From the IMG/VR virus record IMGVR_UViG_3300011429_000087, positions 64,001-128,000 of that record: a DNA stretch of 64,000 nucleotides. The stretch is one strand, 5' to 3'. Every line of letters starts with the position of its first letter. Position 1 is the stretch's first letter. The translations under genes were made by a program, and so were the position numbers. The notes beneath the pieces are model-generated. The model had not been told where the DNA came from. It ran no database searches and was given only the letters and a program-made list of their open reading frames with translations. Below are positions 29,634-39,367 of the stretch, piece by piece. Origin of the DNA: a virus (lineage: Duplodnaviria; Caudoviricetes).

Positions 29634-30569
29634 ATGTCTACAATCCTTGTAACTGGTGCCGGTGGATTCGTTGGTAAGAATCTAATTAGATATTGGATGG
29701 CTAATAATCCAGATTATGATAGATTGCTTACACCATCTAGCAAAGATGTCAATTTAGTATCATATGGAAGTACTTATCAATTTATACGTAGGATTGGTAA
29801 ACTAGATGGTATTATCCACTTAGCGGCACTATGTGGCGGCATAGGTATTAATAAGGAACGGCCCGGCGATTTTATATATCAGAACATGATGATGGGTGCT
29901 AATATATTAGAATCCGCTCGACAGAACTCCATTCCCAAGGTGCTTTTATTGGGCACAGTTTGTCAATACCCAAAATTTGCCACCCCTCCATTTAAAGAGG
30001 ACGATATTTGGAATGGTTATCCAGAGGAAACAAACGCACCATATGGTATTGCCAAAAAAGCAATTATGGAAATGGGGCAAGCGTATCGTCGTCAATTTAA
30101 AATTAATATTATCACGCTTATCCCCACAAATCTTATTGGCGAATTTGACCATTTTGAAGAGGATAGATCACATGTTGTTCCCGCCCTCATTAAGAAGTTT
30201 GGTGATGCAATATATAATAAGCTTCCTTACGTTACCGTTTGGGGCGATGGAACAGCTAGTCGTGAATTCCTCGATGCTAGCGATTGTGCTCGTTCAATCT
30301 ATCTAGCATATAAAAATTATAATGGAAATTTACCAGTTAATATTGGAAACAATAAAGAGGTCACAATTAAAGAACTTGTCTATATGATTGCCAAGTTAAT
30401 GAATTATCGTGGCGACATTATTTGGGATAAAACAAAACCTAACGGGCAGCCGCGTCGTTGTCTAGACGTTTCTAGGGCAAAAGCACTATTTGGTTTTGAA
30501 GCCAAAATCACTCTAGAAGAATCGCTAAATAGAGCTATAGAATATGCGAAGGAGAATGGATATGCATAA
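29634..30569 (+). CDS. fcl: GDP-L-fucose synthase (GDP-4-keto-6-deoxymannose epimerase/reductase)
   Basis: GAGGFVG, LAALCGGI, YGIAK, SHVVPALI, WGDGTASREF, KPNGQPRR. Confidence 0.92.
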   Translation: MSTILVTGAGGFVGKNLIRYWMANNPDYDRLLTPSSKDVNLVSYGSTYQFIRRIGKLDGIIHLAALCGGIGINKERPGDFIYQNMMMGANILESARQNSIPKVLLLGTVCQYPKFATPPFKEDDIWNGYPEETNAPYGIAKKAIMEMGQAYRRQFKINIITLIPTNLIGEFDHFEEDRSHVVPALIKKFGDAIYNKLPYVTVWGDGTASREFLDASDCARSIYLAYKNYNGNLPVNIGNNKEVTIKELVYMIAKLMNYRGDIIWDKTKPNGQPRRCLDVSRAKALFGFEAKITLEESLNRAIEYAKENGYA

Positions 30570-31053
30570 ACGTCGTCTTTTGCCAAGTAAAATACCTATA
30601 ATAGATAAATTTAATTTATTGATAAATAAGAATTCCGGTATATTCGGCGAGAGTAACGATTATCTCACAGAATGTTGGCAGTGGTGTGGCGAAATACTAA
30701 ATAATGGTTATGGCCGAATGACATATATGCATAGCCGATTCATGGCTCATAGATGGTCATACGAATATTTTAATGGTCCAATCCAAGACGGTATGCAGAT
30801 AGATCATCTCTGTAGAGTTAGAAGATGCGTGAATCCAAAACACTTAGAACAGGTTACATGTTCTGAAAACTTGGCACGCGGCAATACCGTTAATGCAATT
30901 AATAGGAAGAAAACACATTGTATTCGTAATCACGAATTTACTGAAATTAATACTGGTATAGATTTTCGTGGCGATAGATATTGTAGAGAATGTGCTAGAC
31001 AAAAGGCTCTAAAATTTAGAGCCAAAAAGAAACTGGAGAATCCTTCATGTTAA
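30562..31053 (+). mobile_element. HNH homing endonuclease
   Basis: CWQW, AHRWSY, IDHLCRVRRCVNPKHLE, KTHCIRNH. Confidence 0.9.
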
Positions 31054-32057
31054 AAGCTGTTATAACTGGCTGCACTGGGCAAGATGGATTTTATCTAACT
31101 AAACTACTTCTCAATAAGGGTTATCGAGTTATAGGCGTGCGTCGCCGAACCTCTCTACCCACGGATCGCCGCCTTGCGGCTTTTAGAGGGACTCCAAACT
31201 TTGTTTTGGTTGATGGGGACGTAACTGATCAGGGCAGTATTGAACAGGTCATAGGTGACTTTAAGCCCGACGAATTCTATCATCTAGCCGCACAATCCCA
31301 CGTTCAGAGGTCTTGGGATTATCCCACTATGACGGCACAAGTAACTGGCCTCGGCACATTAAATTGTCTTGAGGCAATTCGTCGTGTCTATCCACAGTGC
31401 AGATTTTATTTCGCCGGTTCTTCTGAGCAGTTCGGCAATTCTGCCGAAGGGGGCGTCCAGCTAGATGAATCGTCACCCATGATTCCAGAATCTCCATATG
31501 CCGCAGCTAAAGTCTTCGGCTATAACATTTCTCAGGTCTATCGCAGATCCTACAATATGTTCGTTAGTTGCGGAATATTATTCAATCATGAATCGCCAAT
31601 GCGTGGCGAAGAATTTGTGACTCGTCGCATTACAATGGGATTAGCTAGAATCAAACACGGCCTACAGGCACATTTAACGCTCGGTAATCTAAACGCAAAG
31701 CGTGATTGGGGATTCGCTGGTGACTATGTGGAAGCGATGTGGAAGATGCTCCAAATCGACCGCCCAATGGATTTCGTTATTGCCACCGGCGAAACCCACA
31801 GCGTTCAGGAATTCGTTGACGCGGCCTGTGAATTCTATGGACTAAATGCTGCCCAAGTGATTCAGAGCGACCCTAAACTATTTCGCCCCAAGGATGTTAA
31901 TGTCCTCATCGGGAATTCGCGACTCGCTAAAAAGCATCTACAGTGGGAAGCAAAGACGCATTTTAATTCTCTTGTTACCGGGATGTGTGCATATGATTTA
32001 TATTATACATCGCCAGATCCGGCCATGCGTGGTTCTGCCGAAGATACATTGGGATAA
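31047..32057 (+). CDS. gmd: GDP-mannose 4,6-dehydratase
   Basis: GCTGQDG, LAAQSHV, SSE, YAAAK, FNHESP, FVTRRI, RDWG. Confidence 0.95.
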   Translation: MLKAVITGCTGQDGFYLTKLLLNKGYRVIGVRRRTSLPTDRRLAAFRGTPNFVLVDGDVTDQGSIEQVIGDFKPDEFYHLAAQSHVQRSWDYPTMTAQVTGLGTLNCLEAIRRVYPQCRFYFAGSSEQFGNSAEGGVQLDESSPMIPESPYAAAKVFGYNISQVYRRSYNMFVSCGILFNHESPMRGEEFVTRRITMGLARIKHGLQAHLTLGNLNAKRDWGFAGDYVEAMWKMLQIDRPMDFVIATGETHSVQEFVDAACEFYGLNAAQVIQSDPKLFRPKDVNVLIGNSRLAKKHLQWEAKTHFNSLVTGMCAYDLYYTSPDPAMRGSAEDTLG

Positions 32058-32069
32058 TAAGGAGTATTT

Positions 32070-32645
32070 ATGATTACATCATTATCAAAAACCGACTTAA
32101 GAAAGTTTATTAAGTATTGTGCAGAAGACCGTAATTCTGGAGAATTCGAAGTTTATCTCGGTCTTTCACGTAACGAAGTGACTCGGATTAAAGCGTCTCT
32201 AGGGATTCAATCTCCATCTGATGCAAAAACTCTTTTAAATGATGTTATTGTTTTAGAAGAAAAAGAGGAGGCATTGCGTGCTATTGAACGACAGGCCATC
32301 CTTGTACAAGAACGGGAAGCTGCTCAGAAACGATTAGATGAGGCTAATCTAAGACGCCAGGAAGAGAAGCTTGCTCGTAAGAAAAAGGTGTTGAGTGTAA
32401 CAAAGGTTAAGAATCAAGATAAAAAGCGGCAAGAGAAGTTTGATAAACAAAATGCAAATAAAAAAGAAGTTAATCCAAAGGCTTGGAAGTTGCCAATCGG
32501 AGTAGAGATAGACAAGTTTAGGCGTGATGTTATGTCACGAGGAATTCGTTTTATATGCGACCAATATGGAATCACTAAGACCGACATAATGAATGAGGCG
32601 GCAAGGCTAAAACTTAAGATCAATTTTGATCTGGTTCCGAGGTAA
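32070..32645 (+). CDS. hypothetical coiled-coil protein
   Basis: AAGGAG RBS; charged helical core. Confidence 0.7.
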   Translation: MITSLSKTDLRKFIKYCAEDRNSGEFEVYLGLSRNEVTRIKASLGIQSPSDAKTLLNDVIVLEEKEEALRAIERQAILVQEREAAQKRLDEANLRRQEEKLARKKKVLSVTKVKNQDKKRQEKFDKQNANKKEVNPKAWKLPIGVEIDKFRRDVMSRGIRFICDQYGITKTDIMNEAARLKLKINFDLVPR

Positions 32646-32649
32646 TCAA

Positions 32650-33408
32650 ATGTCAACACCAGAATTTCCTTTTCAGCCACAGGACAATGGAGGCGGAATT
32701 ATATCGGCAGATTCGCCCACTAAATTAGTCGATTTTATATCCGTGAAGACTCGTTTGGGTACAGACTGGAAGGCCGAATTTCGTCCAGAAGAATTAGTTG
32801 AAAAAGGCGACGCTGGTAGATGTGTCCGTCTTCGCGGATTGCAACGTTGTGCCAATCTATGCGGATTGGTTAAGAGTTTCCCCGTCATGACGTATATCGA
32901 GGGGCGAAATGGAAGTCCTGGAATTATGCAGTGCGTCTACCATGTTATATTTAATGATGGTACTCACTTCGCTGGTGCCGGTGACGTAAATGAAAGAAAT
33001 ATTGATCCAAAGTTCGCGGCCTATCCAACGTCAGTTGCAGAATCCCGAGCAGAAGCTAGAGCCTTGCGTAAAGCTCTTAATATTACTGACATGCTAGCAG
33101 CAGAAGAAGTTGGCAGTTCTGAAGGCGGATCTACTGGACAACCGGAGACAAACGTGAATGGAAAGATTGAGCCGCAACAGGTTGCGGCGATTAATGCGAT
33201 TATTGACCAATTAAAACTTCCTATTGCCAATGTGCTTAACGAGGTTTTGCCTTCGGCGAGAGCAAAATCAGTATTCTCTCTAGACGAATTAACTGTCGCC
33301 GAAGCAGTTAGTATTTTACGAAATCTTAATGAAAAGCGGGCATCATTGGATACCCAGCCGCAAATGGGTAATGGTAAAAAGATTAATATAGATAAGAAAG
33401 GCGGCTAA
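32650..33408 (+). CDS. putative single-strand annealing protein (Rad52/Sak-like)
   Basis: AESRAEARALRKALNI...AEE core plus C-terminal helical domain (Q..AI...LT..EA...L). Confidence 0.55.
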   Translation: MSTPEFPFQPQDNGGGIISADSPTKLVDFISVKTRLGTDWKAEFRPEELVEKGDAGRCVRLRGLQRCANLCGLVKSFPVMTYIEGRNGSPGIMQCVYHVIFNDGTHFAGAGDVNERNIDPKFAAYPTSVAESRAEARALRKALNITDMLAAEEVGSSEGGSTGQPETNVNGKIEPQQVAAINAIIDQLKLPIANVLNEVLPSARAKSVFSLDELTVAEAVSILRNLNEKRASLDTQPQMGNGKKINIDKKGG

Positions 33409-33410
33409 TT

Positions 33411-33971
33411 ATGCGAGGAGTACAAATTTATCGTCCCAACAATGATATGTCAAAAGGATGGGCGATTCAGTTCAATCTAGGATTTGATCGGCGTGAAAAT
33501 ATTGTAGTGTTCGTGGAAGCGGCTCGCCAAATTGGGCCAAAACCGGCCCCGGGCAGCACTTCTTCGCCATTTGATTGGGATAATAAAATTCGTTTCATGC
33601 TTAATTCGAATGAACTAGGCGAAATTGGTGCGTGCATTCGCGGCATTCATAGAAAGAATATTAAGTTTATACATCAAACCGGTAAAGACGAAAGCACAAA
33701 ACTAGGCTCTTTGGTGCTGGAATATCCACAGTCAGATCAGGCCAAGCAATATGGCAATTGGAAGCTGGAAATTTTTACCCGCCAAAAAGGTGAAGATAAG
33801 CGAGTAAGCGGTTTTATTACTCCGTCAGAACTGTATCAGATTCTTATTCTGATTGAATTCTCATTCATGAAAAACTATGCGACACCGCCGCGAAAGCGTG
33901 TCAAGCCGGAGACAGCCGATGATATTAGCTCTACCCAAGAAGATAGCGGTAACGGGCCACAGGCCGGATAA
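33411..33971 (+). CDS. Whirly/PC4-like ssDNA-binding protein (putative)
   Basis: FDWDNKIRFMLNSNELGEI, FIH and ITPSE resemble Whirly YDWxxKxxFxLSxxExGxL, FFH and PITxAE. Confidence 0.5.
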   Translation: MRGVQIYRPNNDMSKGWAIQFNLGFDRRENIVVFVEAARQIGPKPAPGSTSSPFDWDNKIRFMLNSNELGEIGACIRGIHRKNIKFIHQTGKDESTKLGSLVLEYPQSDQAKQYGNWKLEIFTRQKGEDKRVSGFITPSELYQILILIEFSFMKNYATPPRKRVKPETADDISSTQEDSGNGPQAG

Positions 33972-34416
33972 ATTAGGCGGATACGACGAGTCTAATCCGG
34001 TCGCCATAGCGGTCAAGAAATATCTACATTCATTTCTCTCATTACCAGAGAATGGATTGGCTGTTGCTATCTCTGGAATGGCATTGGGTGTAGATCAATG
34101 GTATGCCGAAGCCTGTATTGATTTGGATATTCCATTCACTGCTGCCATTCCATTTGAAAATATGGAAATAAAGTGGCCGCGACTCTCGCAAGAGAAATAT
34201 AAATATATATTGTCAAAAGCTTGGAATATTATTTATGTCTCTGGCCCGGGGTATGAGCCCTGGAAAATGCAGATCAGAAATAAATGGATGGTTGACAATT
34301 GTACGGAAATATTGGCAATTTGGAATGGCACGTTAGGCGGCACTAATAACTGCATCCAGTATGCTAAATCAGTTAATAAACCAATTAAAATAATTGACCC
34401 AAGGACAATCACATGA
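33919..34416 (+). CDS. YspA/DUF1273 SLOG-family protein
   Basis: VTGHRP, SGMALGVD, RNKWMVD, GGT.NC. Confidence 0.88.
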   Translation: MILALPKKIAVTGHRPDKLGGYDESNPVAIAVKKYLHSFLSLPENGLAVAISGMALGVDQWYAEACIDLDIPFTAAIPFENMEIKWPRLSQEKYKYILSKAWNIIYVSGPGYEPWKMQIRNKWMVDNCTEILAIWNGTLGGTNNCIQYAKSVNKPIKIIDPRTIT

Positions 34417-34679
34417 TTACCTATGTACAACTTATTTGCCCGCAATGCTCTAAAAAGAGAATGATTCGTCCAGAGGGGCACGTTATATCCGACCGCAAAA
34501 TTCAAAAGGAATTACCTTCCGGGGAAACTGTGGAGCATTTTTACGATATTTGTGCTTCGTGCATTAAAAAATTAACCGCCCTTTATTACACTATTAAAAA
34601 GGGTGATGCCAAAAAGGTTCTACAGGCATTAGATGATGGTGGATCGTTAGGCGATAAGTCAATAGAGGAACTTCTATAA
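34413..34679 (+). CDS. hypothetical Zn-finger protein
   Basis: CPQC...CASC. Confidence 0.65.
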   Translation: MITYVQLICPQCSKKRMIRPEGHVISDRKIQKELPSGETVEHFYDICASCIKKLTALYYTIKKGDAKKVLQALDDGGSLGDKSIEELL

Positions 34680-35896
34680 TGACGACGCATTCTAACTTTC
34701 AATTTGAAGAATTTCCGACCCCATATTTATCAACGCACCTACCTAAAGAAGCCGATGTTATTATTGTCGGCGGCGGTCTTGCTGGACTTTTAACTCTTTA
34801 TTATCTCACAGTAGATAGCAAATTAACAGTCTATTTGTTAGAAGAAGGTGCTCTTGGATATCACGCCTCGGGCAGAGATATTGGAAGTTTACACTTATTT
34901 GATCATCAACTATCTAAGAAAATAATAGAAAATCCAGACAAATATATTTCATATCTGTCTATGATGCAACGAAATCAAGATTTGCTGCATCAATTAATTA
35001 CTGATGAGCAATTAGCTTGTAATTATCACAAGCCCGGAGGCATTTATGTCGCGGCCGACGACAAAGAATTAAATGCATTACTCAAACTGCAAGAGATTGT
35101 TTCAAAGAAATTACCAAATTCTGTTTGGCCGCTCACGTTGAACTCCAATGATACCGCCCAATTAACTAACTCGTCCTTCTTCAAAGGATCTTTGTTCGTT
35201 CCTAATGATGCCGTTTTATCTAACTATAGATTAATTCATGCGTTAGCTGCGTTATGTGAGAAGAACGACAGAAAAGTTTTAACTAATTGTGTCGTTGAAG
35301 ATATTACACAGACGCGGGAGGGCACAAATATTCACGTACGAAATCGTGGCGTCATTACTACGAAACATGTAGTGTATTGTACGGGGGTATACACAGGTAA
35401 AGTTGTTCCCGGTGTAAGTAAATTTTTACTGGCTCACAAACAGCATATAGTCGTAACAGAGCGTTTATCAGAAAAAGTTCTTGCTAAATTGCCACGGGCT
35501 GGCATCATGTTTAATGGCGTGAGAATTAAAACGACGAATGACCGTGTGTTTGTTCAAAACGCTCCATCTGCCATTCACGATAGATTTTATGATGGGGAAA
35601 TTAACGTGAGAGCTTGTCAAAATCTCTTAAAATTGTTGAAGATAGTTTATCCAGAACTAAGTAAAGCCGAAATTCAATATGTATGGAGTACAATTAACTG
35701 TACAGGCATAGATGGACTGCCGGTCTGTGGGGAGATTTATAATCGTCCCAAAGAATATGTAAATATTGGATTTGGTTCTAGCAACCTGAACGGTATCATG
35801 CTATCATCTGCCATGATTAAAGATATGATCGTACAAAATCCAGTTCCAGAACAACTTAAAAAATTATTTGACCCAAGAAGGATAAACAATGGATGA
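34679..35896 (+). CDS. FAD-dependent oxidoreductase (DAO/PuuB-like)
   Basis: IVGGGLAG, ASGR, DGLPVCG, GFG, FDPRR. Confidence 0.85.
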   Translation: MTTHSNFQFEEFPTPYLSTHLPKEADVIIVGGGLAGLLTLYYLTVDSKLTVYLLEEGALGYHASGRDIGSLHLFDHQLSKKIIENPDKYISYLSMMQRNQDLLHQLITDEQLACNYHKPGGIYVAADDKELNALLKLQEIVSKKLPNSVWPLTLNSNDTAQLTNSSFFKGSLFVPNDAVLSNYRLIHALAALCEKNDRKVLTNCVVEDITQTREGTNIHVRNRGVITTKHVVYCTGVYTGKVVPGVSKFLLAHKQHIVVTERLSEKVLAKLPRAGIMFNGVRIKTTNDRVFVQNAPSAIHDRFYDGEINVRACQNLLKLLKIVYPELSKAEIQYVWSTINCTGIDGLPVCGEIYNRPKEYVNIGFGSSNLNGIMLSSAMIKDMIVQNPVPEQLKKLFDPRRINNG

Positions 35897-37793
35897 GTCT
35901 CTTGTTCTCAGCGGATTACCGAAGGATATTTTTCTATCTAGATATGCAATGTCAAATGAGTCATCATGGGAAGAGTGTGCCAAAAGAGTTTCTGAATCTA
36001 TTTCTCAAGTAGAACATAATGATTGTAGAATACAGCACCAGAAAGCTTTCTTTGAAGCTATTGGTACGGGAGACTTCATGCCCGGTGGCCGCATTTTGTT
36101 TGGTGCTGGTCGTCCCAAATATAACATGTTAAACTGCTATAGATTGCATCCAGATGATACGATAGAATCAATTGGGCAAACTATTAAAGACATGTATCTT
36201 ATTTCCTGCGGCGGAGGAGGTATTGGCTTTAATTTCTCATCTATACGCCCCAAAGGGGATGACATCCAGAATATCAAGTGGAGTGCTCCCGGCTCTGTCT
36301 CTAATATGAAAATGATTAATGAGATTGGAGAACATGTCAGGGCCGGAAAAAATAGACGCACCGCCCTCATCAGCATTCTTAATGTTGATCATCCCGATCT
36401 TCTAGAATTCTTGCACGTTAAGTTGGATCTTCATGAACTAAATAATTTTAATATTTCTATTGGCGTGACTAATGAATTCCTTGAGGCCGTTAAAGAGAAT
36501 AAAGAGTGGAAGTTTAAGTTTAATAATCGCCAATACCACCTTTATCAAATGAAGCGTAAGTCCGAATTAGGCGACGATACTATCAAGGTGCCAGCCCTTT
36601 CTTCAGAGGACGCGATTGGGCGAGCCAAATATCATTTCCGTAAGCATCAGAATGATGAATTTCTAGAAGTTAAGTGCATTAAATTAATGGCCAAAGACAT
36701 TTGGGAATTAATGATTAAAAATTCTTGGACTTGTGGCGACCCAGGCATCTATAATATTTCTATGGCTAACTCATATACTAATGTTGGCTATTTCGAGACG
36801 CTTGATTCTCCAAATCCATGCGGGGAAATTCCTCTCCCGGCATATGGGAATTGTTGTCTAGGTCATGTTAATTTATCAAATATGTTTGATGAAAATAAGA
36901 ACGACGTTAATTGGAAGAAATTTGCCAATACTATCCGTATAGGCATTCGCTTTCTAGATGATGTGCTTTCTGCTAATCATTATCCAATTCCAGAATGTAA
37001 GATGGTTGGCGAAAAGAGTCGGCGTATCGGCTTAGGAGTTACTGGACTTCATTATCTCCTGCTTAAATTAGGTTTCAAGTATGGCGATAAGAAGTGTGTA
37101 GAATTCTTAGACAGATTATTTGCCACATTTAGAAATGAGGCTTATATAGCCTCAATTGACTTAGCTAAAGAAAAGGGGAGTTTCCCCGCATTCGACGCCT
37201 CTAAATATTGTAAGGAAGAATTTTTTAAGCAGCTTCCGCCGCGTATTCAGGCGGCCATCAAGAAAAATGGTATTCGTAATGCCGTTATGTTAACTATTGC
37301 TCCGTGCGGGACTAACTCAATGGTTCTTGGAGTGTCTTCTGGCGTAGAGCCTATTTTCGCCCCCATTTATGAAAGATCATTTAGAGACAAAACTGTATGG
37401 AAAAAAGAGATTGTCATTGATAGTCTCTTTGAAAACTTTTATCACAATAAAAAGTCGCTTAAACATTTCGTATCAGCCTATGATGTGAGTGTAGAACAGC
37501 ACATTATTGTTCAGGCAACAATTCAGAAGTATATTGATTCCGCCATCAGTAAAACAACTAACATTCCAGAGGATTATCCAGTCGATCAACTTGGGCAAGT
37601 GATTCTAGATTATGCCGAACATGTTAAGGGTTTTACGATCTATCGGACGAATAGTCGGGGATTAGAGCCGCTTAAGCCTATTAAGTTTACTTCCGAGGAG
37701 GAATTAAAGGATTTGATGGATAAAAACCATTCATATTCGGCAGAATCTATATCGGCGTGCAAGGATGGCGTTTGCGAATTCAAACCTAATTAA
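35889..37793 (+). CDS. nrdJ: class II (B12-dependent) ribonucleotide reductase
   Basis: PGGRIL, NC, NPCGE, CCLG, RRIGLG, TIAP, SSGVEP, ISKT, C-terminal CKDGVC; no R2 gene nearby. Confidence 0.88.
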   Translation: MDESLVLSGLPKDIFLSRYAMSNESSWEECAKRVSESISQVEHNDCRIQHQKAFFEAIGTGDFMPGGRILFGAGRPKYNMLNCYRLHPDDTIESIGQTIKDMYLISCGGGGIGFNFSSIRPKGDDIQNIKWSAPGSVSNMKMINEIGEHVRAGKNRRTALISILNVDHPDLLEFLHVKLDLHELNNFNISIGVTNEFLEAVKENKEWKFKFNNRQYHLYQMKRKSELGDDTIKVPALSSEDAIGRAKYHFRKHQNDEFLEVKCIKLMAKDIWELMIKNSWTCGDPGIYNISMANSYTNVGYFETLDSPNPCGEIPLPAYGNCCLGHVNLSNMFDENKNDVNWKKFANTIRIGIRFLDDVLSANHYPIPECKMVGEKSRRIGLGVTGLHYLLLKLGFKYGDKKCVEFLDRLFATFRNEAYIASIDLAKEKGSFPAFDASKYCKEEFFKQLPPRIQAAIKKNGIRNAVMLTIAPCGTNSMVLGVSSGVEPIFAPIYERSFRDKTVWKKEIVIDSLFENFYHNKKSLKHFVSAYDVSVEQHIIVQATIQKYIDSAISKTTNIPEDYPVDQLGQVILDYAEHVKGFTIYRTNSRGLEPLKPIKFTSEEELKDLMDKNHSYSAESISACKDGVCEFKPN

Positions 37794-37804
37794 CGGAGAC
37801 GGAT

Positions 37805-38131
37805 ATGGTCAAGGCTAGAGATGATTATAATATTGTTCATCCACAAGTTGGTAAAGACGGTAAAGTTGATAAGCAACTCGCAATAATTACATTAGGAAAA
37901 CGGCTAGGGCAAACTAATCTAGGCGACGCAAAGAATTTTATGAATCAATGTATAAGTATTGATGGTGTAGACGCAATCCAAGCACTTGGTCTATATACTA
38001 TTCAGATAGTTATTGCCAATACTTTTGATTATGAAACGGTCTTGACAGAGGTACGTGCCTTACTAGAACGAGCTATTTCTGCCATTATTATTCCGCTGAA
38101 TAAACATGTCCCAAAAATTACTGCTGAATAA
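37805..38131 (+). CDS. hypothetical protein
   Basis: GGAG RBS; in-operon ORF. Confidence 0.65.
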   Translation: MVKARDDYNIVHPQVGKDGKVDKQLAIITLGKRLGQTNLGDAKNFMNQCISIDGVDAIQALGLYTIQIVIANTFDYETVLTEVRALLERAISAIIIPLNKHVPKITAE

Positions 38132-38396
38132 GCCAGTACCGCGACGAGTCTTTCCATGTCTTTTCTGCAACGTATGCAAAAAAGATTCGCCGGTCATCGT
38201 TGTTTTATTGGATGGAACTCCAACAGAAGTAGAACTAATTTTCTGTCCAGTATGTCTTGACGTTTTAAGCTCACGATTTTACGGAAAAATCGAATGGCTG
38301 TCAAGACAGGAGTTAAAGAAACGAACTGATTATTGGGTTGCCACAAGACCAAATCGCTTTAACATTAAGAGTAAAATTAGTCTATATGTCGATTAA
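38106..38396 (+). CDS. hypothetical Zn-finger protein
   Basis: CNVC...CPVC. Confidence 0.6.
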   Translation: MSQKLLLNKPVPRRVFPCLFCNVCKKDSPVIVVLLDGTPTEVELIFCPVCLDVLSSRFYGKIEWLSRQELKKRTDYWVATRPNRFNIKSKISLYVD

Positions 38397-38835
38397 TCAA
38401 TGGGATCAACGATTTCTAGACTTAGCCTTGCTTGTTGCGTCTTGGAGCAAAGACCCAAGCACGCAAGTAGGTGCTGTTGTCGTAGATAATTTAAAGCGTG
38501 TAAAGGGCGTAGGTTTTAATGGATTTGCTCGTGGTATCAAAGATGCCGACCCGTTACTAAAGGATCGTAAAGCAAAATTGGATCGAATGATTCATGCAGA
38601 AATTAATGCCGTTCTAAATTCGCCTACGAATCTTGAAGACTGTACGATATATTTAACAATACCTCCGTGCAATATGTGTGCTAATTTTCTTATCCAGGCT
38701 GGTATTAAAAGAATTGTTTGGTTTGCACCGTCTGATGAATTAATACAGCGTTGGGGAGATAGTTGGGCGTTAACATATAATTTATTGCGTGAAGCAAATA
38801 TTAAGACAATGGAGTATGCCAAAGATGATATTTGA
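38386..38835 (+). CDS. dCMP deaminase
   Basis: SKDPSTQVGA, HAEINA, PCNMC. Confidence 0.93.
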   Translation: MSINQWDQRFLDLALLVASWSKDPSTQVGAVVVDNLKRVKGVGFNGFARGIKDADPLLKDRKAKLDRMIHAEINAVLNSPTNLEDCTIYLTIPPCNMCANFLIQAGIKRIVWFAPSDELIQRWGDSWALTYNLLREANIKTMEYAKDDI

Positions 38836-39367
38836 AATTACATTGAGTGCTTTGCTTACGTATATTATATATCTATATTTGACCAGAGAAATTATTAAAG
38901 AAAAAGATGGTGAGGCATATTTAATTCGTTACTTTCTTTGGAAACCAAAGAAGGGTGATAAATATTATTTACATCATATCGTTAGATCCGACCATGACAG
39001 ATCAGAACATTGTCATCCATTTAATTTTACAAGTTTTATTCTGTGGGGTGGCTATTATGAGATTGCCGATAATCAACAAGAAGATTTGCACCGTTTGTAT
39101 GATGCTATCAATCCTAGAAAAGCATATATTGGATTAAAGCCAGAATGGAAGCCCTATAATAATGAAGAAGTGATTAGATGGTTTGGTCCGTTTTCTATTT
39201 TACATAGAAAAGCGGCGTGGCGTCATAGATTATTATTAAAAAATGATAGGTCTGCGTGGACTATAGTTAAGCGTAGTCCTAAGTTACGAGAATGGGGATT
39301 TTATCCAAATTGGGAATTTTGTCATAATACAAAGTATGATACTAAAACAGGAGTATGTAATGACTAA
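38825..39367 (+). CDS. cupin-like metal-binding protein with N-terminal hydrophobic segment
   Basis: HCHPFNFTSFILWGGYYE...HRL...REWGF. Confidence 0.65.
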   Translation: MIFEITLSALLTYIIYLYLTREIIKEKDGEAYLIRYFLWKPKKGDKYYLHHIVRSDHDRSEHCHPFNFTSFILWGGYYEIADNQQEDLHRLYDAINPRKAYIGLKPEWKPYNNEEVIRWFGPFSILHRKAAWRHRLLLKNDRSAWTIVKRSPKLREWGFYPNWEFCHNTKYDTKTGVCND

